Source of the DNA: Candidatus Bathyarchaeota archaeon
GTDB lineage: Archaea > Thermoproteota > Bathyarchaeia > Bathyarchaeales > Bathycorpusculaceae
Length of the DNA: 64,000 bases
Assembly (NCBI GenBank): GCA_963811105.1
Contig: CAWEPZ010000011.1
Location: 1 to 64,000 of the forward strand
Direction of reading: 5' to 3'
A program made the translations under genes and the position numbers. The notes under the pieces are model-generated. The model did no database searches and was not told the DNA's origin. It saw nothing but the letters and a program-made list of their open reading frames with translations. Below are positions 12,561-24,305 of the stretch, piece after piece. Position 1 is the first letter of the stretch. The number at the start of each line of letters is the position of its first letter.

Positions 12561-12912
12561 AGTTAAACAGGCAATGATATCAAAAATAACGCCTTCAAAG
12601 TTCTCAACTTTGAAAGAGTAAACCCAACCTATTCATTAGTAGGAGTATTTCACCCAGCGAAATTATTAAACCTAAATCAACCTTTTAAAGAGGACCAACC
12701 AAATCACGCGACCAAAATCTCTTACGCTTAGGGATGTGATAGTCGTATAAGATTATATGTGTCATAGTAGCGGTGTATCGTTGTCCACATTGCAATGGAA
12801 AAGATTAACAATAGGATTGTAATAGAAACCCTGAGAACCTGTGAGAATGTTGTTCAGAAATCGAGGTTTTGCTTACCAGATTTCCTAAGAACTGCATTAT
12901 TTTAAAGCTTCT

Positions 12913-14149
12913 CTATCTATATTTCGCATTTTTAATGGATCTTTTTCTTAACATCAAAGAAACCGCACCAACAATGATGGCAGTAATCACACCGACAATC
13001 GCAATATCGGACCAACCAACCCAGAAGACAAAGCGAAGCTGTGCGCAGAAGTCGAAGTAGGCAAAGAAGTCGGATAAATATAAGTCGGTGTAGGAGTTAG
13101 CTGAGACCGTGGAGCCTGAGTAGAATTCGGGGTTCCATTTAATGCGTCAAGAGGCGAAATATTCAAGTTAGCATAAACATTAGAAGCATAATAGCTAGAT
13201 GAAATTGCCTGTTTGAATGATGATAATGTTGCTGAATTTACAACAGTTAACCCTGGCGGCATTTCCCATATTACAATAGCCTTGATGTTAGGGTTGCTTG
13301 GTATAATATTATTGAGTATGTTAGTCCACCATGTTCCTGGGTTTTTGTCACCGTACCCTATTTCAGCGATCATCTGTGGTTTATTAGGAGAAATATTTCG
13401 TTCTCATAACTAAGCGTTGGCTGAACATACTTACTAAAAGATTGAATTGCATTAATGTAGCATTCTGCTGCTAACCAATCAACATAGTTATCTCCAGGAT
13501 AACAGGAACTCAACCGAGCTTCTGAATCGCCTGTCATAGCTGGACACCAAACCCAACTTATTTGAGTCCCACCAGCAGCTCTAACTACGTTTACTATATG
13601 TTGCCAAGCTTGAACAAATAATTGAGGACTGTTACCAGTACCCCAAGGATAGACACCAGTTTTCGATGGTTCATCAAATGTCCAAGAACCTGTAAATTCC
13701 CACATTAAACGAACAAAGTAAGGATGCCCCCATTTCGCAGAGTCTTGCCCCCATTTAATTAAATATGCATCTTGAGTCCCATCAATAATGCTTTGAAGAT
13801 TGGTAAATGTACTATTACCACCGCTTTCTGGAGCCCAACTTACCATAGGAATAGCACCGTGGTTTCTACAAGTATCCATTAAAGATGTATCAAATTCAGC
13901 TACGTTTTCAACATCGTTTGGACGATTCCAAAGTTGAATCCAATTCCATATTGAAACTCCTTTACCCACCTGTGCTTCGAAATCTGAAAGTAGATTGTAG
14001 TACCCGATATGATGAGAACCTACCCATGCTCCCCAAAAAATCTGATTTGTATTAGCTGAAACAGATTGCGTGCTTAAGGAAAAGAATGGCGTGCAAACTA
14101 CGAGAATAACCAAAACAGTAACGAAAGCCTTTCTCAGCATAATCCTCAA
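12913..14149 (-). CDS. Membrane-anchored glycoside hydrolase family 26 (frameshifted)
   Basis: Signal peptide, VRLMWEFTGSW (acid/base Glu), YPGDNYVDW and MIAEIG (nucleophile Glu). A P/T-rich linker, TM helix and basic tail follow. Confidence 0.8.
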
Positions 14150-14917
14150 AAAACAAATACATCAAACGTAACTATTTGAAGCTTTGACTTGTTTGAGACA
14201 TAATCGACGATGTATAAGAAGAGCATAATGTGGAAGTCCACCGGCGTTTTCTCTGCTATTTAAATTTATTATCAAACGTAACCTAGTTTTTTCGGATATT
14301 TCGTTGCCATATAAAAGTAATTTTAATGAAAAAAATACATCTTTTCTGCTAAATGCTAATAGAGCCAACTACTTTTTCGTCTTTAACGGTTCCTTCTATA
14401 CTCTTCCTTTCCAGAATCCAACGCTACTTATTCCGAAGCCAACAAAACAACATTGAACTGGTATTCAACCTTATTCTAACTTGCTTACCATACTCTTTTA
14501 GAACTATCAATCATGTTGATTATTTAAGAGCCCCAGATCCACTATTTCGTTAAAACCTTCAATATCTTTTTCAAAATGTCATTTTTTCCAATTATTTGAG
14601 CCCTTTCGTCCTAACTTCTCAGATATTTTAATTAGTGCGTGCTAAATGCAGGTAACTTATGTGCCGCTGGAGAAAACTCAATTTGAATTGCTTAGACACT
14701 TTTTCCTAAGTTTTTGTTATAGAGCTTTCAATTGTTCTGCCAAAAAAGTAAAACCCTGCAAGTTCGCGCAGTCTCAAGCCTTTCTTGATTAACCATTTCA
14801 TGATCTTTGACGTGAATTCTTTAAGAGTTGAGAACAAAGTCGTTAAATGATATATTGGTGATATTAGTTGGAAGTAGGCACTAGAAAAACCCAACGAGAT
14901 TATTAGAAATATGAATT

Positions 14918-15403
14918 TCAATTAGTAATTAGCACGGCGCATCCTGCAGTATGGGCAACTTTTTCACTTGTACTACCCAAAAAGATTTCTTTGATTTTAC
15001 GGTCTCCTTTGTGGCCAACAACTATTAAGTCAAATTGGCCGTTGGCAGCAGTTTCAACTATCTGTGACGACGCATCTCCTTCCTTGAGTTCACCGGTGAT
15101 TTTAAGGTCGGGCTTTAGTTTAGTCGCTCTTTCGATAGCTCTGGACAGAACTGCCTCATGTACCTTTCTAAGATCTTTAATAAAAGAAACCACATTTGAC
15201 TGGTTACCCATTTGTTCTTGAGAAGACCCGGACGCAGGAAGCTGCTGACCCATGTTCGGTTGATATTCAAACTCCGGAGGCGGCTGAAAAACATTGAGCA
15301 TTAAAACAGACGCAGAAAACTTGTCCGCGATCTCAAGAGCGTAATCTAAAGCTTTTTCCGAGTATTCAGAATTGTCAACGCCCACAAGAATTTTCTTAAT
15401 CAA
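14918..15403 (-). CDS. Universal stress protein (UspA family)
   Basis: Motifs KILVGVDNSEYSEKAL and DLIVVGHKG..IFLGSTSEKVAHTAGCAVL. Confidence 0.92.
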   Translation of the reverse strand: MIKKILVGVDNSEYSEKALDYALEIADKFSASVLMLNVFQPPPEFEYQPNMGQQLPASGSSQEQMGNQSNVVSFIKDLRKVHEAVLSRAIERATKLKPDLKITGELKEGDASSQIVETAANGQFDLIVVGHKGDRKIKEIFLGSTSEKVAHTAGCAVLITN

Positions 15404-16010
15404 ACATGATGCCTCTGCTCTTAAAGTTAGGATTGAGGCTCATAGACTTTTCGAATCAACGAACTACCTTTTTCAGATATTATCGATTTATGGCCTGTCT
15501 ATTCTAAGCGGGGATTCGGTGGTTCTAGCAGTAAGCGTCATTAATTTAATAACGTTCCCTTTATGGCTAAGTGCTAATGTTGGGTAAACTTAAAGAAAAC
15601 AATGGCTCAAAACTGAACCCGTCATGTTAAGGCAAAACCAACAGAGAGGGAGCCAACAGGCACATTGGATTAAAAAAATTCGAGAAAACGTCGAAACTAT
15701 TATGTTACTTTTCATAATCTTTCTTGGAAAGCTTATTATCTCAGGCAATTTTATATCAAGTTTTTGCTCACATCTCAAAATTGCTTTCGATTCGTTGTTA
15801 GATATTTTAGGTTACTTTCTATTTGCAGTTGCCATGTAGTAAGCTTCTAACATTGAAAAAATAGAAGAACAGCATCTTAAGGAGATATTACTAATGAATT
15901 TTATTAGATGGAATAAATGCTACTAAAGCATGAGCTATTTCAAGCATTTAAGCCCAGTGTTTCAGATTATCAGACTATAATCTTGTTACCCCTATTAGGT
16001 ACGGCATTTT

Positions 16011-17244
16011 TTAAAAAAAAGCTCCGCCTGTTTCGAACATGTAGGACCCAATTATTAACATCCCCGTCATTGATAGCAAATATAACGATTCCAATTGATC
16101 GGTTCTTGGTGTAGATTATTGCTGATACCCAGTAGATTGGTAGCATTGGCACAGCATAACGAATGATACTGAAGACGTTTGACTGGTAATAGTATGACAA
16201 ATATCATTGAAGCGTAAAACGCCCAGTACTTTAATTGTTTTGAATCTTGAATCAAATTGTTTTTAAAAGAACTTAGAAGTTAGGTGGCTAATAAAATAGG
16301 CAGTTGGCAGAAATATTAGCGCTAGACCGATAACATAGAATGTCAATATCTTTAAGCTTGAATTAGAAAGTAAGGTTAGTTGTGTAGTGAGAAGAGGGTA
16401 AATGGCGAAGTTTAAATCGTGTGCTATTACTGTAATAGGAAAGATGCCGCCGGCAACCACGTAACCTATAAGTTGAAAAATCAGAAATGGTGACGCAACT
16501 AACGCTGAGCATGTTAAGAGTTTAATCGTTTTGGACTTGTTTTTTATTGATTGAAGTGCATAGATGAGAAATGGTATGCATATTAAGAAACCGTTGCTTC
16601 TTGTGAAGGATGCTAAGAATCCAAGTAACACTGCAATTGGCAGTTTGTCTTCTTCAAGATAATAAAAAGCTCCTAACGCTAAAGCCATGAATAACGCTTC
16701 ACTATAAATGGCAGAGTAGAATACTGCTCCACCCCAGAACGAGTAAAATGCCGTAGCGACCAGGGCTATTTGTGGTGAATTGAAGATTTTATTTGTTAGT
16801 TTATAAAAGAAATATACGCTTAAGAAGAAGGCTACGTTGCTTACTATAAAGCCTGCCAACTCCACTGCGATTGGTTAACTCCCTTTCGTTGGCACAGAGA
16901 ATGGCATGAACGGTAATGATACTGCTTTCATTGCTGCTGGATATAGTGGAAAGAAAGCCCAATCAGGCATAGCTAACACGGGGTTAAGTACGGAGATGCT
17001 AAAGTTTCTGCCAATCCAGTAGCTGATGTCTGGGTAACCTGTAGGGTAACCGTTCATGGCTATGCTTATGTAGATAACCGGAGTCAAATCGATTGAATAA
17101 GTTTACTATTGGAAGCGGATTGGTTTGATGGGTTGCTGGTTGTTGACTTGAAACAGTGAAAAGAACACTGCAAAGCACAAAAACCGCAATAACTAATATT
17201 CGGGAACTTAAACCGATAAGCAGAGCTTTATGTGTATAATTCAT
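16011..17244 (-). CDS. PIG-V/GT76-like GT-C mannosyltransferase family membrane protein (frameshifted)
   Basis: Motifs NRFDSGY, WAFFPLYP, YSEALF, ASFTRSNG and RYAVPMLPIYW. Multi-TM protein spread over 4-5 ORF fragments. Confidence 0.75.
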
Positions 17245-17481
17245 TGATTTGTGGCACCATGTTCTCTTTTCAGGTTTTGTATTAGCGCTTTTAGCATTGT
17301 TTAATCATGCCTTGATTAACGTCAAATTATCGACTGTTGGACTTAAATCATTTTCTATACTATACAATATAGAACATTAAAATCATGGAAAGAAAGTATT
17401 ACTAACAATCATTATCCCTATAGTAAGTCGCAAAGCACCTTTAAAAGATTAGCGAGATCTTAATTGAATTCATTGATTAAT

Positions 17482-17767
17482 TGGAACTGAATTATATCCA
17501 TTATGAAAAGATTGAAACTTAATTTAACTGGAGGTTTTGTAATTGAGTAAAATAATCTCAAAAAAGGATTGAAAGATGAAGGCGACATCTACAAAACAAG
17601 CTACAACAGTCAAAAAGGTAATCTCAAAACAAGGATTGAAACTCAAGAATAGTAAAGCCATTTCACCAATATTCGCAACGTCCAAAAAGGTAATCCATCA
17701 AAACAAGGATTGAAACTTAACGGAATAACTGGAATGGTTTCTGGATATTTGAGCCCAAAAAAGTAAT
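17482..17767 (+). CRISPR. Orphan degenerate CRISPR mini-array (37-bp repeat ending ATTGAAAC, 3 full-length spacers)
   Basis: Best repeat at 17680-17716: GTCCAAAAAGGTAATCCATCAAAACAAGGATTGAAAC, with an AATCC/GGATT stem. Variants at 17609-17642 and 17539-17575, a very degenerate copy at 17482-17518 and a truncated copy at 17753-17767. Spacers are 33, 37 and 36 bp. Confidence 0.8.
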
Positions 17768-18094
17768 GGAGTCTCCGTAAGAATAGGCAAATACACTAAA
17801 CTCTGCTGGATATTACACGCGGCATTTTCCTCAACAAATTAACAAAAAAAGCTAAAGATGATTTGTTGCACGCATGCATAAAGCATCATCGACCTTTTAT
17901 CTTTATCCTATAAAGGAATCAAGAAAAACTGACCAAATTATACCAAATTTAAGACTATTTTAGAGTTGGTGTATTCCAGTTTTCAAAAACTTTCAAAAAT
18001 GAAGAAACGGAATTTTATGCGTTTATTTTTATTACTTATGTCAAGCGTATATCGATATTCATAGTCGTAAATACTACTGTTAGATTGATCTTTA

Positions 18095-19318
18095 TTATAC
18101 CAATGTACCTTCTAAGGGATAACTATTACTTTTTCTTGACATTATGGATAAATAGTAACCTTTTAATTTATTCATGAGTATTTTTTCTTTTATTTGTATA
18201 TAATATGATAACACAAAAGTTATCGGAATTACTAGGGTGTAAAATAAAATATCATTGACTATTGCAGGTAATTTAAAAAACTCGATCAGCCCTGCTCCAA
18301 CGGTAAAAAATTGGAAATGGAATAAATATACACAATATGAAGACACCGCTAAAAAAGTAATTATTGATTCACATTTTTTTAGTAAGGAAAATATGTGATA
18401 TCTATTAAGCAAAAATAAAAGAAAAATACAACCTGAGACTACTGCAATGTCAAAGACAAGCATTTGACGAATTACAAAATCAATCGCGGGAATATTGAAA
18501 AAATAATATTGCCCTTCTCCCCTAAGATAAATAAAAGAAAAAACAATCGTTATTGCCAAGAATAAGGCTATTTTCTTATAAGAGAAACTATTCCAGTTTT
18601 TAATTAATTTATTTGTTACTATACCCCCTATAAATATCAAGTAATATAAAAAAAGCCTATCATCGATCATGCCAAACTTCAATCTAAGGAACCCAAATAC
18701 TAACAATGGCAAAAAAGACATGATTATTAGATGGATGACATTCTTTGAAAATTTTATCAATATCGGATAGATAAAATAACATATTGCAATAAGACCAACA
18801 AACCAAAGAAATGATCCAAAGTTTTGTATAAGTAGTTGTAATCCGATAAACTGGCTGAAAACCCACAAAATATTGATGCCTACTTTTGGGTAATAGACAG
18901 CGAAATTGGGAAACAATGCTGGAACAAATCAAGAATGTAAAGGACACAAACAGAATTATTGAAATCCAATTTAATGGCAAAATTCTGATAGCTCTCTTCT
19001 TATAAAATGCTAAAATATTTGAAAAACTCTTTATTTTTTCTGAGTAATTTAGATCGATTAATAATCCACTTATAAACATAAAGATTCCTAATCCAATAAA
19101 CATAAAATAGCCCGCTGTAATGTTCCAAAAGACCATTGCTGGGCACAAAAAAGTGCATATGAGCAAAAACAATCGAAATAATTGCTATCGCTCTTAGAAA
19201 ATCAAAAGAAATTAGCCTTTCTGGAATACCAATTCGACCTCTTTGAAGCTCATTAGTATTTCATAGCTTCTATTATAACTTCTGAAGCTCATTGTTTTGA
19301 TGTGGAATCAGTGGTCAT
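18095..19318 (-). CDS. Acyltransferase family 3 (membrane O-acyltransferase; frameshifted)
   Basis: Motifs FDFLRAIAI, FMFISG, FYKKRAIRILPL, LWFV and SYCVYLFH. Confidence 0.85.
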
Positions 19319-19743
19319 TAGTTGATCTGTTATTGATAGTCAATAATATATTGTTCGGTAGTTGCTGTGTAAAATTTACAGCAGAATAACTGGCGATAAG
19401 AAAAATAGGTGTATCTTTTGTCAAAATATTGAAAAAATCTTGAGTGAAGGATCATGTTATTGTGTACTGAGTGATTCTTGTTTTCATTTTTTCCCGATAT
19501 GTGACCTATTTTCCTCACGGTCGAACATCTGGCTTTTCAAGGTCCATTTTGCCATCATAATTACTTTCACGCTTGACCAAAAATAAAGCTTGCTCTCCTG
19601 CAAATCATTTTGTTTTCTTCTGAAGGAAATCCCAGTCTTTACCAATCCTAGCAAGAAAGTTGTTTCCCTATAGGCATGCACGTTGGTAACCTATAAGTTG
19701 ATTTTACATTTTTGTGGATACTGTTAATACATCTTCAATTGAA

Positions 19744-20487
19744 TTAAGATTTTTCAAGAAGTAATCTTGTTGCCTCAAGAAGATCGATACTTGTATTAAC
19801 ATTAATATTGACTCCATTTATGAAAGCACCATATGCTGAATTATCCTTTGCGATTAACTTGATCGTATTAGTGATTTCTTTTTCGTTACGTGGAAGAGAG
19901 GAAGGTGTATTTCCGATGTATTCATAAATCTTTGGATCAAAAATGTAAATGCCACATCCACGCACATTTGAGTTAGGGTTATTCGGCTTCTCTTCGGCAT
20001 TTTGGATTTTTCCATCATTTTCCAGTGCATGCAACAAGCTTGTTTTAGCTTTTCAATGTTTGCCTCATGAACTACGCCTTCAACTCCAATGGCTCTTTTG
20101 GTCCAGAACAAATCAACTATATTCTCAAGGGATTTGGATATTGTAAGATCATCGCCTAAGCTAACTGCGAAAGGTTCATGAATGAGATGCTTTTGTCAAC
20201 CCGATGGCGTGAGCTATTCCAAGTGGATTAGATTGCAAAATATATTTAATATTAATTCCAAAGTCCGACCCATCTTCAAAGTATTCTTGAATCAGATCTT
20301 TCTTAAATCCAACTATCATGTACACGTCCTCAACGCCCATCTTTTTCATATTTTCTATAACGTACTCCAAAATTGGCTTGTTCAATATTGGAAGCAAACA
20401 TTTGGGAAGCACACGGGTTAGAGGAAGACTGATTAAACGACGACCATATCCTGCAGCGGGAATAACACCAACCTTAATTCTTTTCAT
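19744..20487 (-). CDS. Sugar-phosphate nucleotidyltransferase (RmlA/GlmU-like; frameshifted)
   Basis: Motifs GVIPAAGYGRRL..LPKCLLPILNKP, QSNPLGIAHAI, EEKP and NEKEITN. Confidence 0.85.
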
Positions 20488-21244
20488 ATAATTGGATCGC
20501 TCCAATTCATTGAGGGTTAGAGTGTAAAACAAGTCGCTCTGCTTTAAATTGTTTTTTTCAAGAAACAGCCAAAGAAGCCAAGGATTAAAAGGTTTCAAAA
20601 CTCACATTTATTTCATTTATTTTTAGAGTATGCAAATACTTAACCCAAAATTACCCAAAAAACAGTTAACTTTTTAAGATTGGTAGATGCCAAAAACGTC
20701 AACGAAATATTCGAGGCTTCATTCTAAAAGCTGCAGCTTACCTTTCCACTAATTATTAACCAGAAAAGATTTCCAGATTCCGAAAAGAGAGTTGATAGTC
20801 AGAACTTTCGGAATCAGAATAAAAACTCACTTATGTACAATTCAAAGATTATGCTTACTTTGACTTTCACTTTTCCTTCGTCCAATTAGAATTTGCAGTA
20901 TTCATTAAGGATGATTGGAGAAGCGTTTAAGCTCGCTGCTAAAAAGAATGCTGCTGGCAGGTCGGATTCACTATATTGGCTTATAACACAAGAAGATTTT
21001 GAACATTCTTAGATGGAAAAGGCTAATTCTTCCTTTATTTGTATAACAATTCAGAAAAAGAAAAGAGAACAATAAGAGGAAGTAATTCTTTAACTGTCAA
21101 TATGCTACATAATTCATAGAATTCATGTTCTTTGATAAACAATCGTGAACCATTTTCTCATATGTCTCAACAGCCACGCCTCTAACCACGCATACCAGTA
21201 TCTACATTTTATCGCTTAGAGAAACATGCCGACTCTTGTTTTAA

Positions 21245-22150
21245 TTATGGAAAAAACAAAGTTTTAGGTCTTTTCTTATACATTTTCGCGAAGCCTTTGA
21301 TACCGTCAAAGTTACCTTTTAAATAAGGCATAATTAACTCTCGCTCGTTGATGCAATACATGAAGGTATCTAAAGGAATAAAAATTAGTCTTTGAATAAA
21401 GAATTCCAGCAAAATGCCTTTTGGAAGATTCTTCATTCTATAAAAATAATTATTTCTTTGCAATAAGTACGTCCTAAATGGAGAGTTCACTTTTACTGAA
21501 GCCGAACCGATATGATAAACTATTGCAGAGGGAACGTACATACATTTCCAACCAGCCAGCTTTAGTCTTATTGCTACGTCTACATCGTCATATAATACAA
21601 AAAAATCAGAATCGAACATCCCAATCTGATAAAGAGCTCGTCGGAGGTAAAGAACTGATGCAGAACACGCTCCAAGAACTTCTTTGATTTTTTCATACTG
21701 TCCCTTATCTTTGATTTGGCAACCTTCTTGCCAAGTACCACCATCCTTGTCGATTGATAACCCGACTGCATCAATCACTGTCGGGTCTGATTGGGACAAT
21801 ATTTTTGGTTGACATGATCCAATTCGTTGGTCTGATTCCGCAACGGTGACTAATTCTAATAGCCAATTTGGTTCAACCGTTGTATCATTGTTAAGAACCA
21901 CAGCATACTTGGAATTGGATTGTTCTAAGCCAGAATTTATCGCTACACTGTAGCCCATGTTTTTATTCAGTTTAATTATCTTTACCTTAGGAAAGTTTTC
22001 TCGTAAAAACTTAACCGAATTATCCGTTGATCCGTTATCAACCAATAAAACTTCGTAATTGGGATATGTTTGACCTTGAAGAGAAGATAAACAGTTTCTT
22101 AAATATTTCTCTCCATTCCAGTTTGGCATAATTACGCAAACTTTTGGAAA
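21245..22150 (-). CDS. Glycosyltransferase family 2
   Basis: Motifs PNWNG, VDNGSTDNS, VLNND and FDSDFFVLYDDVD. Confidence 0.9.
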   Translation of the reverse strand, partial: FPKVCVIMPNWNGEKYLRNCLSSLQGQTYPNYEVLLVDNGSTDNSVKFLRENFPKVKIIKLNKNMGYSVAINSGLEQSNSKYAVVLNNDTTVEPNWLLELVTVAESDQRIGSCQPKILSQSDPTVIDAVGLSIDKDGGTWQEGCQIKDKGQYEKIKEVLGACSASVLYLRRALYQIGMFDSDFFVLYDDVDVAIRLKLAGWKCMYVPSAIVYHIGSASVKVNSPFRTYLLQRNNYFYRMKNLPKGILLEFFIQRLIFIPLDTFMYCINERELIMPYLKGNFDGIKGFAKMYKKRPKTLFFP

Positions 22151-22269
22151 CCTGCATGAATAATTTTTTGAGCCTTCCAGTGACCGCCACCTTTAAGATG
22201 TGATTAGGAAAGCCTCCAGTTTAAGAGTTGTGTAAAATTTTTTACCTGAGAGACTACAATTAGAGAGAC

Positions 22270-22478
22270 CTACGTTCACCTCCAACGACAGCTGCAATCG
22301 GAGTTTTAGTAACAGAGTTTTTTCAACTTCATCTCTTCCATATACAACTCGTGAACTTCCTCAATATTCCTCTGAGCATTTTCGAAATCTCATCCTGACT
22401 TCCATCATCTCATTCACGAGACGAAGCAACCTATAACCTACCTTACTTCCCAATAAACCGCTGAAAACTCCAGGGCAT
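22270..22478 (-). pseudogene. Degraded HicB/UPF0150-family antitoxin
   Basis: The minus strand reads LEFSAVYWE..VASS..SQDE..FENAQRNIEEVHELYMEE across shifts and stops, resembling the HicB pattern SQGxTxEEAxxNxxEAxxLYLE. Confidence 0.5.
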
Positions 22479-22700
22479 AAGCACTAACTTGTATAACTTT
22501 CTTTACATCCATTACAAATTATATACTTTAAAATAGATCTTCTTTGATTCATGGCATGGAACCTTGTATATGGCTTAAGGAGTTTGGTTGGTGTTTTTGA
22601 AATATGGTAGAATGAGATATTAGAAGAAATGTTAAGGTATATGGGAATACAAAGCGGAAATTTGGTCAACCATATAAGAGAAAGAAATGCGAAACTCGTG

Positions 22701-24305
22701 CTATTGGTTTTTAGTCTTGACTTGTGAGTTGCGTTTTTTTAATATTTTTTCTATTATCTTTAAGGGTATTTCTAATAGTCTTGATATTATGCCTAAGCCG
22801 GAAAACATTGTTCTAAGGTTGTTGACGTCTGATTGGTTGATTGCGCCAACTAATGGAGCAGAAATTAGATAAACAGCCAGAAAAAGGATTGACCCCGCAA
22901 CTAATAAGACCCAATAGGCAGCAGTGAAAAAGATAAGGAACAGATAAACGGTTACTGTGGCAAGAGCAGATGCAAGAAGGATTTTTGCTGAAGCACCAAA
23001 GTCGGCTTTGGCCCCATAGTGCTTCCATATTAGATATAGTCCGATGAACGTGCTGGGCAAAGCTGCGACTGGGAGACCGATTATAATTCCAATTATTCCT
23101 AGCGAAGGAACCAGGAGAAAAGCCACAGGAATCGATATGATAAGACTCAGCACAGCCTATTTTCAACAAAAGTTTCGTTTCTCCCATAGCAGATAAGAGG
23201 CTTCCCATGCTTCGCAAACCGAAAAGCGAGAGCAAGTAAAATACTACGCTTAAAGCGAGAAAAGGCGGAGCATAGGACCATTTGTTTCCGTAAAGTGTGC
23301 CGATAAGTGGTGTTGCAAGAACAATCATAGCCATAGTGGCGGGAACCAAAAAGAGATTTGTATACTTGACAGATGAGGCGAATACTGTTTTGAGAAGATT
23401 ATTCTCGTTTCGTGGATCCAACTTGGAGAATGCAGGAAACAAAACGTTAGCTGATAGGAATTGTAATAAAACTTAAAAGAACTATGAAATTAGTTGCAAT
23501 TTTGTAATTTCCTATCATCACATCGCTGACGTATGAAGCCATAAGAAAAGAGAAAAATGGACTCCCTAAATTGCCCACGATGCTGCCTATGCCTAAAGGG
23601 ACTCCATAGCTTAGTAGTGATTTTAGTGTTCGAACTATCTCAGACTTGTTTATTTTAGAGCGAGGAAGTTTTCTGAATATGAAGAAATAGAGGAAGACAA
23701 TTGAGATTACTCCTTGAACCACTGAAGACGAAGTAAAACCAATTATAGCGCCCGTGGCGCCATACCCAAAATACACCAGCAACGGAGCCAATAAACTGTA
23801 CACAATTGCTGAGATGACTGACAAGTAACTGTTGAGCTTCATTTGCTCAAAACCCGTAAACACGCTTGCCACTCCCGATGATATTGCTCCCGAAAGCATT
23901 GTGACTGAAACGAGAGTGATCAAGAATGCCGATTCTGGTTTGTGATAGATTGTTGATGCAAAGAAATTAGCCAATAACAGTGAAACAATTGTTAAAACCA
24001 AGCCTGTTGCGGCTCCAAAGATTAAGCCAGCAATTATTACTTTCCGCTGTTCTGCTTCTTCATTTGTCGCTCTGTATTTAGCACAGTATCTTAGTCAAAG
24101 CGGAACCGATACCCCAATCCTGAAACAGAGAAAGGGTTGCTGCCGGGATCAAGGCAACGGCATATAGTCCATAGTCTCCTGGAAGAATGAATAGACCAAG
24201 TATTATTGCTCCGACAGCTCTTATGACCGTAGAAATCGATGTGCCAAGGAACAATTGCACACTACCAACAGTTGAAGTCTTACCCATTTCCGTTGCTTTG
24301 TCCAT
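22701..24305 (-). CDS. Oligosaccharide flippase (MOP/Wzx family; frameshifted)
   Basis: Multi-TM protein with motifs YGLYAVAL, IGNYKIA, FPAFSKL and LVPSLGIIG. Confidence 0.88.

Noticed and set aside
12757-12870. Zn-ribbon-like fragment (VYRCPHCNGK..LRTCEN) as an IS1 InsA or DUF1922 remnant
   Set aside because: Too short and interrupted, with no inverted repeats or transposase sequence, so it cannot be supported.
14150-21240. cas genes, tRNA or integrase near the CRISPR array
   Set aside because: Flanking ORFs are Usp, PIG-V-like, acyltransferase and nucleotidyltransferase genes. No Cas, tRNA or recombinase signatures were seen.
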